Position numbers and translations under genes: made by a program
NCBI RefSeq assembly: GCF_009914755.1
Contig: NC_060927.1
Source: the human T2T-CHM13v2.0 reference genome, Homo sapiens
DNA: 64,000 nt
Reading direction: 5' to 3' (one strand)
Shown: positions 1-15,203 of the stretch, in pieces
Position numbering within the stretch: the first letter of the stretch is position 1
How the letters are laid out: each line of letters starts with the position of its first letter
Notes under the pieces: model-generated
Databases searched by the model: none
What the model was told of the DNA's origin: nothing
What the model saw: only the letters and a program-made list of their open reading frames with translations

Positions 1-490
1 TCTTAACATTTTATGTGACATTTTAGTGGTCCAGTCAATTGCCCAGTTGATCTGGCCCTGGTCATAATTGAATGCCATCTATCTGAAGAAACACTACACA
101 CAGTCAATGCAGCTTGCTGCTTTATAGCATATTTATAGTTTACCAAGCTTATTCAAATAAATTTACTCATTCACATACCTTTCCGAAATAAGAGAGAGAG
201 AGAGAGAACAACATGCCCAAAGTCATACAGCTCATAAATGGCAGAGCTTGAAACTCAAACTCAGGTCTTCTAACTGTAAATTTCATAATTCATCCACTAA
301 AGCATACTTCTAGATTGAGCCTTATGGAACCCTTTGTGCCCAGTGGTCATTGTAACGGGAGAAAAAAAAAAAGATAACCTTTACCTTCAGATAGGTATGA
401 TATAAGTGAAGGAGTACTTACAATCTAGTTCCACAGGCATGGGATCTTTGATGATGTTGCAAAATGTACTGGTCTAAAATAGACCCTATA

Positions 491-688
491 CAATAAATTA
501 TATTTATCCTACAGTGTGGCAGAACAGATTTTGAGTGCTCACAACACAAAGAAATGATAAATATTTGAGGTGATGGATATGCCTATTACCCTGGTTTGAT
601 CATAACACATTGTATACATGTATCAAAATGTCCCCCTGTATCCCATATATGTGTACAATTATCACGTGTCAACAAAAATAAAAGGAAA
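491..688 (+). mobile_element. 5'-truncated LINE-1 3' end (L1MA-type) with 15-bp TSD
   Basis: L1MA-like 3'UTR (CACAAAGAAATGATAAATATTTGAGGTGATGGATATG...) with an A-rich tail. Direct repeat AAAATAGACCCTATA at 476-490 and 689-703. Confidence 0.8.
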
Positions 689-1277
689 AAAATAGACCCT
701 ATAATAATAATTGTCATTAGGCAATAGATAGATACTGCTGTTGATAAGTAAAGTAAATACTAAGATACTGATGAATAGAGTAGTGAAGACTGACAAGTAA
801 AGTAAATGATTCCCGGAGTAAACTGGATGATATGCAGGCTCCTTTAACCCCTGTGTGTCTCTTGACAATAGTGGAAATTTTTGTAACTAATTGGTTATTT
901 AATAATGTGACAAAGCTGAATGTTTCACTGTGTCGCGAGCAATTTGGCACATTGAACTAAAGGAAACCTTATTCATAGTTAACAAGAGTACAACCTCTAA
1001 GTCTTTTTAAAGTCACATTTATTTACACCTAGTTTTTTTTCTTTAAAAAGACAGGAAACTTCAAATAGAGTAATATTTGTAAAGTTAACAAAAAGTTTGA
1101 AGTATATATTTTTTACACATTAGTTTTATCACTTTCATGTACTCATAGTATCCAGAGCTAGGTTAATATAAAGTTCATAATTAGTATATTAAAGTAAAAA
1201 CCTAGAACAGCTTAACTTTTATCAGTTCTAGAGGAAAATGTGCTTATTGGGCACTTAGTAAAGAGCCCTGGAGATTT

Positions 1278-1279
1278 TA

Positions 1280-1357
<78 letters not shown>

Positions 1358-1405
1358 CACACACATATATATACACATATATATATACACACATATATAT
1401 GTATA
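1278..1405. repeat. compound (TA)n(CA)n microsatellite
   Basis: TA and CA dinucleotide runs visible directly. Confidence 0.97.
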
Positions 1406-3527
1406 TGAGGCCCTGCTCTCAAGACATTTAAGGAGTGGCTTCATTGTGTGAATATGGAAGTTAATACGGTGGCAGGCTTAAAATGCTTATGGCAGCTCTC
1501 CCACTTCCTATTAAAATATTCATAAAAATATAAAAGCTTTTTTTTAAGCTGGCAACATCACTGTAAATTCAAGATAACAGAAGACCATATGCCAAATCTG
1601 GGTGGAATTTCAACTAATTGCATCAGCCATGTGGATAAAATCAAGAAGTACATTCTTGAGCTGCACAACACATGCTCTAATCTCTGAACCAGAACAGGCC
1701 AGACGGACCCAGTAAAGTTGGGGAAAAGCTTTTATTCACCTTCTCTGTAAGTGCCTAACTCTGAAACAGTGAAGATGTACTGACTAAACAAACAAGTACC
1801 CATTCTGTAACTTCAGAGGAACCAAATAAAGCCAAGGTTTTACCCTCTCCACATTTATTCCTATTATACTGTTTTTATTATCATCATTTCAAAATGGTAA
1901 TTTCCAGAAGGTGGCACAGAAGAAAGTACATAGGAATGAGAAGAGACTCATTGAAATATATCATATTTAATCCTCCAAACCTAGGCAGAGACAAGAAGAC
2001 TGTTAGAAGCACAAGTAGAAAGCGATAGTATTTCATGTAATTCCACTGTTTAAAAAATTATAAATTGCATCATACCCTTTTGTTTAGTGATAGAATCTGA
2101 CAGAGCAAGAAAAGATCCAGAAAACTTGCACTAAACACCTGCATTCTAACAAGGACAGAGACCAAACTTAAAGTTTGTTTAAGAAAGATAATTTTTCAGA
2201 CCCCCAGAAGTAGATGGTGGAGACCTAGAACATAGCACCAATCCTTCTTGATGCAAATTCTAAAATTTAGCTGATTAAAATGTCCCCTGTCAGCAACCAG
2301 AAGAAACGCCAACATTAGGCCCATAAAAAATGCAGCAATAAAGAGAGTATTGTGAAGATTTACAAGGAAAAAACTCTTAATATGATTTTCTGTAATAAAC
2401 CGAGGAAAATTTTGTTTTCATTTGCTTTGGATTTATTTTGTCTTTGCTTTGAATCTTCAAAATATTGTGAAAGGAGAGTACTCCCAGTTTCAAAATGTCA
2501 GTAAAAGATTGTGGTTTCTCCTTTCCATTCTTAGATATCACACAAAACTCAAAGAAAATAAACAATAAGAGTACTATCTCCATTTTCAACAAAACCAAGA
2601 AACAACTATAACTTACCAAAATTTCTGAGAAAGAGCTACTCAGTAAAGTCCAGCAGACTCATGAAAGAAATGTAGAACATATGCTTATGTCTATAAATAT
2701 CAGACAAACCTGTCAGAGCACAGATCTCCAAAATAAGCAGACTCCTAACTAATGAGCCCTGGTTTGAATTAATGAGAATAATATTGCTTGGTAGCAATCA
2801 CTTCTCTAGACTCATTTTGCTACAATATCTCAAGCAACAGGTAAATCAAGGATAGGTAAGAAATAAAACAGAGAGGCCATGTTTGCTGAAAGATATTTGT
2901 CAGCAAGGCAGGGAATAAAAGATTTTGCATATTGTGAGTCACACTGCCAGGTTAATTCAGTGTGTTAGGAAAAGTAAAGGCAAAAAAAGTCAAACACACA
3001 CACACACACCCACACACACACTTCTGGGTCATAAGGAGAATTTCCACAAGCTTAAAACATAGTCTTTATTCTCAGCCCATAGGAAGCTTCAAAGTGAATT
3101 CCAAGTCTAAGAAGTCCTAACTTCACTCAAATATGAATTGTAATAAAATAAAAAAAACTAACACAGAACTATGACAAAGGTACTACAAATAAACAAAGGA
3201 AAGAAATATAGAAATAACTAACAGATAAAATATACTCATTCTAAAAATTTTTGATGGAGCACATAATATTGTAGGCAAGAGAATTTTCATAAAAATAAAG
3301 ATTAAAATAATCAGAACCTTAATTACCTTTTAAAAATTCTCTCTAAAATAAGAAGGAAGATATGAGAAAGCAACAAAAGAAGTCACAAAAACTAACTTAA
3401 ACTATAACAGAAATAAAGGACAAATTAGGAGCAGAAATTGGAAACTGGCAAACACAGTAAAGGATGCAAATGATAGGCTTGAGGAAAGAAGCAAAATAAA
3501 ATAAAAACAAATAAAATGAAAAATGTT

Positions 3528-4033
3528 ATTTACACTGTTGGTGGGAATGTAAATTAGTTCAACCATTGTGGAAGACAGTATGGTGATTCCTCAACGATCT
3601 AGAACTAGAAATACAATTTACAATAGCAAAGTCATGGAACTAACCCAAATGCCCATCAATGAAAGACTGGATAAAGAAAATGTGGTACAAATACACCATG
3701 GAACACTATGCAGCCATAAAAAGGAATGAAATCAAGTCCTTTGCAGGGACATGGATGAAGCTGGAAGCCATCATCCTCAGCAAACTAACACAGGAAGAGA
3801 AAACCAAACACCACATGCTCTCACTCATAAGTGGGAGTTGAACAATGAGAACACATGGACACAGGCAGGGGAACAACACACACCAGGGCCTGTCGTAGGG
3901 GCGGGGAGTGAGGGGAGGGAACTTAGAGGACAGGTCAATAGGTGCAGAAAACCACCATGGCACACGTATACCTATGTAACAAACCTGCACATTCTGCACA
4001 TGTATCCCGAAACTTTAAGTAAAATAAAAAAAA
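3528..4033 (+). mobile_element. LINE-1 3' fragment (L1PA8A/L1PA10-age) with small internal deletion
   Basis: ORF2 C-terminus (WIKKMWYKYTMEHYAAIKRNE...SLISGS), 3'UTR and A tail. The sequence jumps near 3620 (AGAAATACAATTTA|CAATAGCAAAG). Confidence 0.85.
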
Positions 4034-4311
4034 ATTTTTTTGAAAGAAAAGTGTTAGAAAGAACATTATATGGACATCAGGCAAAGAAAACCCAACATAA
4101 TTATAATTGATGTCTTCCTCTGTGCCCTCTTTCTCCACCCCACCCCCCCCAAAAAAAAGATCTGAAATAATAGGACGAAAAATATTTTAAAATTTTTGTA
4201 GTTTTGGCTTTTTTCAAGATGACTGACTACGGACATCGGATGTCAGTTCTCCTCAGAAAGATCAAAGTTACTGGTGAATGAACAAGTTCTGAACAGAAAA
4301 CTGAGGAAAGA

Positions 4312-4580
4312 GGGCAGGTGTGGTGGCTCACGCCTATAATCCCAGCACTTTGGGAGGCTGAGGCAGGTGAATCATTTGAGGTCAGGAGTTTGAGACCAGC
4401 CTGACCAACATGGTGAAACACTGTCTCTACTAAAAATACAAAAATTAGCCAGGCTTGGTGGTGCACATCTGTAATCCCAGCTACTTGGGAGGCTGAGGCA
4501 GGAGAATAGCTTGAACCCAGGAGGTAGTGAGCCAAGATTGCACACTGGACTCCAGCCTGGGAGACGGAGCAAGACTCTGT

Positions 4581-4610
<30 letters not shown>
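4312..4610 (+). mobile_element. AluS (Sx/Sz-like), full length
   Basis: Dimeric Alu with a tail of about 30 A. TSD AACAGAAAACTGAGGAAAGA (4292-4311) / AACAGAAAATTGAGGGAAGA (4611-4630). Confidence 0.93.
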
Positions 4611-4613
<3 letters not shown>

Positions 4614-6944
4614 AGAAAATTGAGGGAAGAGAATCAAGATCTGTTGGAGTGCCCTCAGGAAGAAGCTAAGGTGCAAAAATGGAAATCAGAAAGAATCAGA
4701 AAGAATCTAGTAGAGATTGACCCCAAAGGAACTAAGACCCCCACAGAAAGGGTCGATGGAAGTGTTCCCTGCTTCCCTTACCCCTCTGACAATCTGCTTA
4801 CTGCCAAACTGCTAAAGAGACCCTCTGCCCTCATGGCCTAAGACATTGCTATCACTGGTAATTGGGGAAATTTCTGGGGACAGAGAACCAGGTAGCCAAC
4901 CTAAGAAAATGTACACACGCTCTCCTCAGAGCCAAGCTGAGAAGGTGGGCACCATACTGGCTGTACATCCAATGTGGGCCACTGCCTTGCCAGGGATTCT
5001 CTGCCTTTGAGTCAGCACACCACCAGATGCTCTGCAAACATACTCCACAGCCCACTCTGATATTGGCAAGCATAGGGGACTGGTGGGTCCTCAGTTACCT
5101 GGAGATCTAACCCTCAGAGTGGGTCTCTTCTAAGGGAAGGCAGGCAAGACTACTAAATCCCCTTTGGGACAAAAGAAATGGCCAACACCAATTGCGGAAG
5201 GGGCCAGTATCTATGTCTAGGAAGGGACACGGAAGAGGGAATCATCTACCACCTTCACAGCACACTGTTGTGAATGCAACAGTGGTTCTTCATGCTGAGG
5301 GTCAGCATGTTTGCACTCAGAGAAAAAATTTTTTATGTTTTTCCTAGTGGCTACACTGCTAGTGAAAGTGAGTCCATGCCACTTGGGCTTAAAAAAAGAG
5401 CAGGGCCCAACTCTCCCTCCCTACACAGAGCAGTAGAATCTGGCAACAGAAGACAGAAAAGTTATGGAGTTGCCTTCTCTGGACTAGAGTAAGAGGTTCT
5501 ACCATAAGCCGATTTTGGTGGTAGCCATCAGAGGGTCATATTTGCAGCCCACAATGGTACTGCACCATGAAACCAAAGGACAAAGTCTTTATGAACTGAA
5601 GTCATGAGCGTGCAACAGGGGTGTGATAGATAATCAGAGAACATTCCTGCCAGCTCAGGGTGAGATGCTGGTGCACCCCACACCCCTTTTCCAAGACCTC
5701 AGTGCAACCCAACATGATCCCTTTCCCCTAAGGTCCCCTAACAAGGAAGGTGTTTCCACTCAACATTAGCCTACCTGAGGGCAAACTTAAGCAGTGTCTA
5801 CTTGTCTGCATACTGAACTGCATCACCAAATAAAAATCCTAGTGCCAGAAGGACTTTAGTGCAAATCCACAAGATAAGCTCCCTGAGACCCCTGTACCCT
5901 AAGTCCCACCGGAGATAGTGTGTTGGCTCTTATGTCCAATACATTGCTACAACAAGCACCATCTGAGAAAGCCACCAAACAGAAATTATCCACAACCAAG
6001 GAACCCATACAGAGCCTTGGTTCCTGGAAAACACCCAGAAGTAAAGCCAAACAATCATAGACAACATACACAATAGTTATACACTCAAGAGAGAAAAGAG
6101 TTTAAAAATAATAAAGTCTCATCCAAACAATAACAAATTCAAAAATATGAAGTGACAGCTCCCTCAGATGAGAAGGAATCAGCACAAGAACACCAGCAAT
6201 ACAAAAAGCCAGAGTGACTTAAAGGATTGCACTAGTTCTCTAAAAGTGGATCCTAACCAAATTGAAAAGTCTGAAATAACATATAAATAATTCAAAATAT
6301 GGATTGCAAGGAAACTCAATGAGATCTGAGAGAAAGTTGAAATTCAATACAAAGAAACCAAAAACATGATTCAGGATATGAAAGATGAGACAGCTATATT
6401 AAGAAAAAAACAAATAGAACTTCTGGAATTGAAAATTTCACAAATGGAATTTCAAAATACCATTGGAAGCTTTAAGAATAGGCTAGACGAAGCAGAAGAA
6501 AGAATTTCAGTTTAAAGATTGGTCTTTTGAATTTACCTAGTCAGACAAAGATAAAGAAAAAAGAATTTTACAAAACAAATAAGGCCTTTGAGAAATATGA
6601 GATTACACAAAGCAAAAATCCTATGACTTATTGGCACTCCTGAGACAGAAGAAAAAGTAAGCAAGTTGGAAAACATATTTGAGGGAATAATTCAGGAATA
6701 TTTTCCTAATCTTGCAAAAGAGGTCAATATCCTGACACAAGAAACTCAGAGAACACCTGCAAGATACTATACAAGATGACCAACCCTAAGGCATATAGTC
6801 ATCAGACTATCCAAAGTCAATGCGAAAGAAAAAATCATAAGGGAAGCTAGAGAAAAGGGCCAAGTTGCCTGTAAAGAAAATTCCATCAGACTAACAGCAG
6901 ACTTCTCAGCAGAAACCTTACAAGCCAGAGAGATTGGGGACTTA

Positions 6945-9545
<2,601 letters not shown>

Positions 9546-12500
9546 AAAAGGAATGCCAGTCCTCTCAAATTAAGCTTCAAAAATGGAAAAATAAAATTGT
9601 TTCCAGACAAGCAAACACTAAGAGACTTCATCGCCACCAAACCTCTTCTGCAAGAAATGCTCAAAGGGGTTCTAAACATGGAAACAAGAGAACAATATTT
9701 GCTACCATGAAAGCACATGTATAAGCTCACGGATCTTATAAAATAATTACACAACAGAGACTACAAAACAACTAACTAACAACACTACGTCAGGAACAAA
9801 ACCTTCATATCAATATTAACTTTGAATGTAAACAGCCTAAATGCTCAACTTAAAAGAACTAAAGAGACAAATTGGATAAAAAAAATAATAATAATAAAGA
9901 CCCAATCTTCTGCTGCCTTCAGTAGACCCATCTCAAATGTTATGACACCTACAGACTCAAAATAAAGGGATAGAGAAAGATCTATTATGCAAATGGAAAA
10001 CAACAAAAAAAGCAGGGGCTGCTATTCTTCTATCAGATAAAACAGACTTTAAGCCAACAATAGTAAAAAACAGAAACAAAAAACAAAGAAAGGCATAATA
10101 TAATGATAAAGGGTTTAAATCAACCAGAATATTTAAATATCATAAATATATATATATGCACCAAACATTGGAGCACCCAGGTCCATGAAACAAATACTAC
10201 TAGACCTAAGAAAAGAGATAGAAAGCCATACAATAATAGTGGGGGGACTTCAGCACTGGACAGATCATTGAGGCAGAAAACTGAACATCTCTGGACTTAA
10301 ATTGGACTCTTGACCCAATGGATCTAGGAGACATCTACAGAATATGCCCCTTAACAGCCACAGAATATACATTTTTCTTATCTGTGCATGAAACATTCTT
10401 TAAAATTGACCACATAGTCTAAAGCAAGTCTCAATGAATTGAAAAAAAATTGAAATCATATCAATCATCTTCTCAGACCACAGTGGAATAAAATTAGAAA
10501 CCAATACCAACAGAAACTCTCAAAACCACACAAGTTCATGGAAACTAAAAAATTTTTCCTGAATGACTTTTGCGCAAACAATGAAATTAAGGAAGAATAT
10601 TGCTATTCACAATAGCAAAGACATGGAATCAACCAAGATGTCCATCAATGGTGGACTGGATTTTTAAAATTTAGTACATATACACCATGGAATTATACAC
10701 AGCCATTAAAAAAGAATCAAATCATGTTCTTTCCAACAACATGGATGTAGCTGGTGGCCATTATCCTAAGTGAATTAACATAAAAATAAAATCAAATACT
10801 GTATGATGTCACTTATAAGTAAGACTTAAACAATGGTTGCACAGGTACATAAAGATGAAAACAATTGACACTGAGGACCCAAAAATGGGGAGAGAAGGAG
10901 GGTAAGGTTTGAAAAACTACCTATTGGATACTATGCTCACTACTTTGATGATGGGTTAATTAGAAGCCCAAACCCCCACATTATGCAATATACCCATGGA
11001 AAAAAACTTGCACATGTAACCCCTGAATCTATAATTTTAAAATAAATAATAAAAATATTCATAATTTTGCCAATTTTTAAATAAAACCATTCATTTTTAG
11101 CTTGTAAGGGCACACTTCATCATGGAAACAGTGCTTACTCACTTATCAACACTAAGAAATATATTCTGTTAAAACTATCACCTTCAAAGGTAAGAAAAGG
11201 AGACTGAATTTAAAGCTAATAATTTGTATGAGAAAAAATATTAATTTCAGACTTTTTCATAGCAACTTTTAACTCTAAATGTTGCTATCAAATTCTTAAG
11301 GAAAGAAAGTTTTGTCCAAGGATTTCATACCTACCTAATCTTTTATTAAGATGTAAGGGTAAATGACAAGTCATTTGGAATATTCTAGGTCTGAGATCCC
11401 TTGAGCCAGACTTACAAATGCTTGACTACATAAGGAAAACTTCAGCCAAACAAATACAAATGTTGAAGGTGTGACAATGAGCATTTAAATCATTTAGCTA
11501 TAGATCTGAACCTTAAGCAAATATAAAGAAATAATCCAGAACAGAATATAGAGTTTATATGCCCAGAAAATGTAAAAATTAAGAATCTAATGAATAAATT
11601 AGAAAAAGGAATTTCCAAAAATCCACCAAAAAACAAAGAACAATAAACTAAACCTAACTAAATAACTAGGAATTAATAAGATCAAAATCAGACATTGGTA
11701 ACACTAATAAAGACAAGAGCTGACTCTGTAATAATAATGAAAATAGCAATAATAAAATAGAAAAATTCATAGGTTACTAAGTCATGAAAACTGGGAGATA
11801 GGACAGATTTTTTTAATAACTAAAAGGATTATTTTATTAGTTTTAAGAGAATACATTTTAGGATAAAACACGTGATTTTTCTAGGAAATCATGAATATCC
11901 AACACTGACCTAAATAACAGAAAATACAACCAGATCAATTACTATAGAAGAAATATGTGAAGATGTTATAGACCTAATTTTTAAAAATGCACTAGTTCTC
12001 ATGTAGTATCACAAGGAAATTCTACTAAAGCTCTAATGCAAGTATAATTTTAATTGCTGTTTAAAATGTTCACCAAGATAGAATAAAAAGGAAATCTACT
12101 AAATTAATTTTATAAAATGAGTATATAACATTGATATTTAAACCACAGGTAACAAAAAAAATAAGAAAGAAAAAACAAGATATTTACAAAAGAAAAGAAC
12201 CAGATGAACCTTAAACTTCTTTGACATTGAGCACCAGAAAATCATAAAGCAACAGAAAATCTTGTGACCCAATAATTTGAGTTAGAAAATGTTGTCATTC
12301 AGGTGTGAAGGTAACAGAAAAGCAATATTTTAGATATACAAAGGTTTGTAAAATAAATAACCTACTCACTGTGCCGGAGAAATCTGTTTTTAAACGTTTT
12401 AACTAAGGAAAATAAAATAAATAATTAAAAAATGGGGAAAATAATGGTATAAAAAGATTATGAACACTGAAGCTAATTACATTATATATACATGATATAA

Positions 12501-13441
12501 ATGATATGTAAATCATATATAATGTAATTATGTGTGTGTATGTATAAGTCTGATGCCAAATAGCCATGTGCCAATTTATTTATTTAAACAATAAATATGA
12601 CAATAAATAAAAATTTAATACAGAGATGTGGGGATGAGGGGGGAGCAACTTCTGTAAAGCCACTGAATCAAAAGGAAGCCAAGGATACAATTACAGACTT
12701 TTGAGTTCCTGTAGGACGATTGCAGTTTCTTAAATATCCCTATACATTATCAAAAAAGCATGTAGGTCCACATGAAGAGTAAGTAAAACCATCCACCATA
12801 AATTCTTACAGCATAACTAGAAGACAATGTAATGCATCAAATGACATGTGTATAGGGTAATAAATATTGCAAAATATTCCAACGGCAGCTTATGCATGGA
12901 AAAGCGTAATGTAAACGTGAGACTAGCTTAGCAGAACATAGATAAAATTACCCCCGATAAGGATCCCATCCTTAGTGGGAACACACTTAGAACAGGTCTT
13001 AGAACATAGCTTCTGAGTAATCCAAGGGAAATGGCTTAAAGGGTGAAAGATAACTTTTGGAATTCTTGGTAAGATATAATTTCTGGGGGAAAGGAGGCAA
13101 TCTAGAAAGGAGAGGCATTCTTTGAAGGCTTAGTGATAAAGGGAAAGAAGGAAGTCAGCAATGGAAATTAAAGGTCCTACAGAAACAAAAGAATCCAGAG
13201 ATTTACAAAAACATAGTTCTTCCTCTGCCTCAAAACAATTCCATCAATTTAAAAAAAATTGCATTAACAAATCAACAGAAGAATGCTCTCTTGAAGCAAG
13301 AAACCTAGTAAATAGTAAACCTCCCAAACACTTCACTCCTTCACATTAAGGCCGGTTAGAAAAAAATAATACATATTTGCCTAAGAACTTAAAATGGCCC
13401 ACACCGGATTCCCTTATACATACTGCTAGTTGCCACATGCT

Positions 13442-13490
<49 letters not shown>

Positions 13491-13661
13491 ATTCACTAGG
13501 AATGAATGAAAAACGTGTGGCAATAGCCATAAAAACTGCTACAAGACGAAACAAAAACAAAAAAACAAACAAAAAATAACAAAAAAAAAACTATGAGAAC
13601 AAAAACGTTTCTACTGATGAAACTTCTCCCCTACTAAAACTAACTACAAAGCAGAGATCTG

Positions 13662-15203
13662 TGTAGTAAATTCTTGTAATTTTATGTTACCTTGGCATCC
13701 ATTTTGTAGAAGCAGGGCTGTCACTCTTTACAGTTTCCTGTTCACTGCACCCAAATGGCTCAAGCCATGGCCAGAGATAGGAACCAGAGATAGATAGGCC
13801 AGAGATAGGTGGCCAGAGATAGTGTTACCAGCAGGTCTTTGTTCTTAGAGCTCCCAAGATGGTGGTGGGCCACTCCCAAGATGGGGCCGGCTGCTCCCAA
13901 GATGGCAGCAAGCCTTTTGTTCTCTGACGTGGGGTTCTTGGCCTCAGGGATTCCAAGGAATGGAACCTTGGGCCATGCGGTAAGTGTTATAGCTCTATTA
14001 GAAGCTGTGGGTCACGGAAGAGAACCATGGAACCCAGAGACTAGTGTTCAGCCTAATTAGGATGAACCCGGGCACTTCCCGGTGCAGGAACAATGGCGAG
14101 CCTCTAGCCTGATTGGGAGCAGCAATGAGCACCTCGCTGAATCAGAAGCTCAGTGGACACCCTGCCAAATCCAGAGGGATGAAAGTCAAGGGCAGGTCTG
14201 CGACTGTGGCGTTCAGCCATGGTGGATGGAGAGCGAAAGCTCAGTTTGAGCCGGCAGAAACACGGACCAGAAGAATGTGCAGTTGCAAGATTTAATAGAA
14301 TGAAAACAGAGCTCACATACAATGGGAGGGGACCCAGAGGGGGTTGTCCCTGCTGGCACAAAGGCCTGGATTTATTTTCCGATCATTGTCTCTCCCCGGT
14401 GCTCTCAGGCAGTAGATGATTTGACTATTTCTTTACCTCCTGCTTTTACCCTAATTGGTATTTTAGTGAGCACTATTTACTACCTGATGGGTCCGGTGTG
14501 AGCTGAGTTACAAGCCCCGCGTTTAAAGGTGGGTGTGGTAACCTTCCCCAGCTGGGCTTAGGAATTCTTAGTCGACTTAGGAAATCCAGCTAGTCCTGTC
14601 TCTCAATAGGACTACCCACTCTTCCGCTGTTTCCTTTTAAGTGAATCTGTCAGATATTTGCCTAAGAACTTAAAATAACCCACACTGTATTCCCTTATAC
14701 ATACAACTATTTGCCACATGCCCTGTCTCTCTGCCTGACTCCTTCATTTCTGCCTCACATGACCCTAGGACAGAGGACTGCCATCCCACCTTCCTTGCCC
14801 AAGATTTGTAAGTACAATCTTTTAATTGTTTCCTTTTGTGCTGGAGTATTGAATTCCCACCTTCCATCTGAAGAATCAGGGGCTACGCCAGGCCTATCTT
14901 TCCCTGACATGGGACGGGGAAGCACAAAGTTGAGCTCCCAGAACCAGAGCAATGGTCAGGCAGGCATAAACTGAACACAGGTCAGACAAGAGCCAAAAGG
15001 GCATCTGCCAGTATAAACAAGTTTCCTGTGTGAGAAATCTTCCTGGTCACAGGTTAGACAACTAGACACTAGGCTGTCTGCCAGGTAAAAGATGTGTCCC
15101 GTGAAAGACACCTTGTAAACAACCATATCCAGCTCCCCTTCATTTCCCCTTAGCTATCCACACAGGTGCTGGAACCCCAATTTAACTGGCGGCTCTGAAA
15201 ACA
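13662..15203 (+). mobile_element. ERVL-class solo LTR (MER54/MER73-like), split by LTR17
   Basis: TG...CA termini (TGTAGTAAATTCTTGTAATTTTATG ... CTGAAAACA) with a perfect 5-bp TSD ATCTG (13657-13661, 15204-15208). Confidence 0.78.
13823..14605 (-). mobile_element. HERV-W (HERV17) solo LTR17, 783 bp
   Basis: Minus strand starts TGAGAGACAGGACTAGCTGGATTTCCTAAG and ends GGTAACA. 4-bp TSD ATAG (13819-13822, 14606-14609). Confidence 0.9.

Noticed and set aside
1212-1431. Low-complexity YI/TH/VC ORFs
   Set aside because: Translations of the (TA)n(CA)n microsatellite.
4227-4676. Alu-derived ORFs (also 18151-18378 and 60949-61194)
   Set aside because: Typical antisense Alu translations, not genes.
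13769-13822. CRISPR-like repeat-spacer pattern (also 25686-25815)
   Set aside because: Eukaryotic context, units too short and irregular, no unique equal-length spacers and no cas genes.
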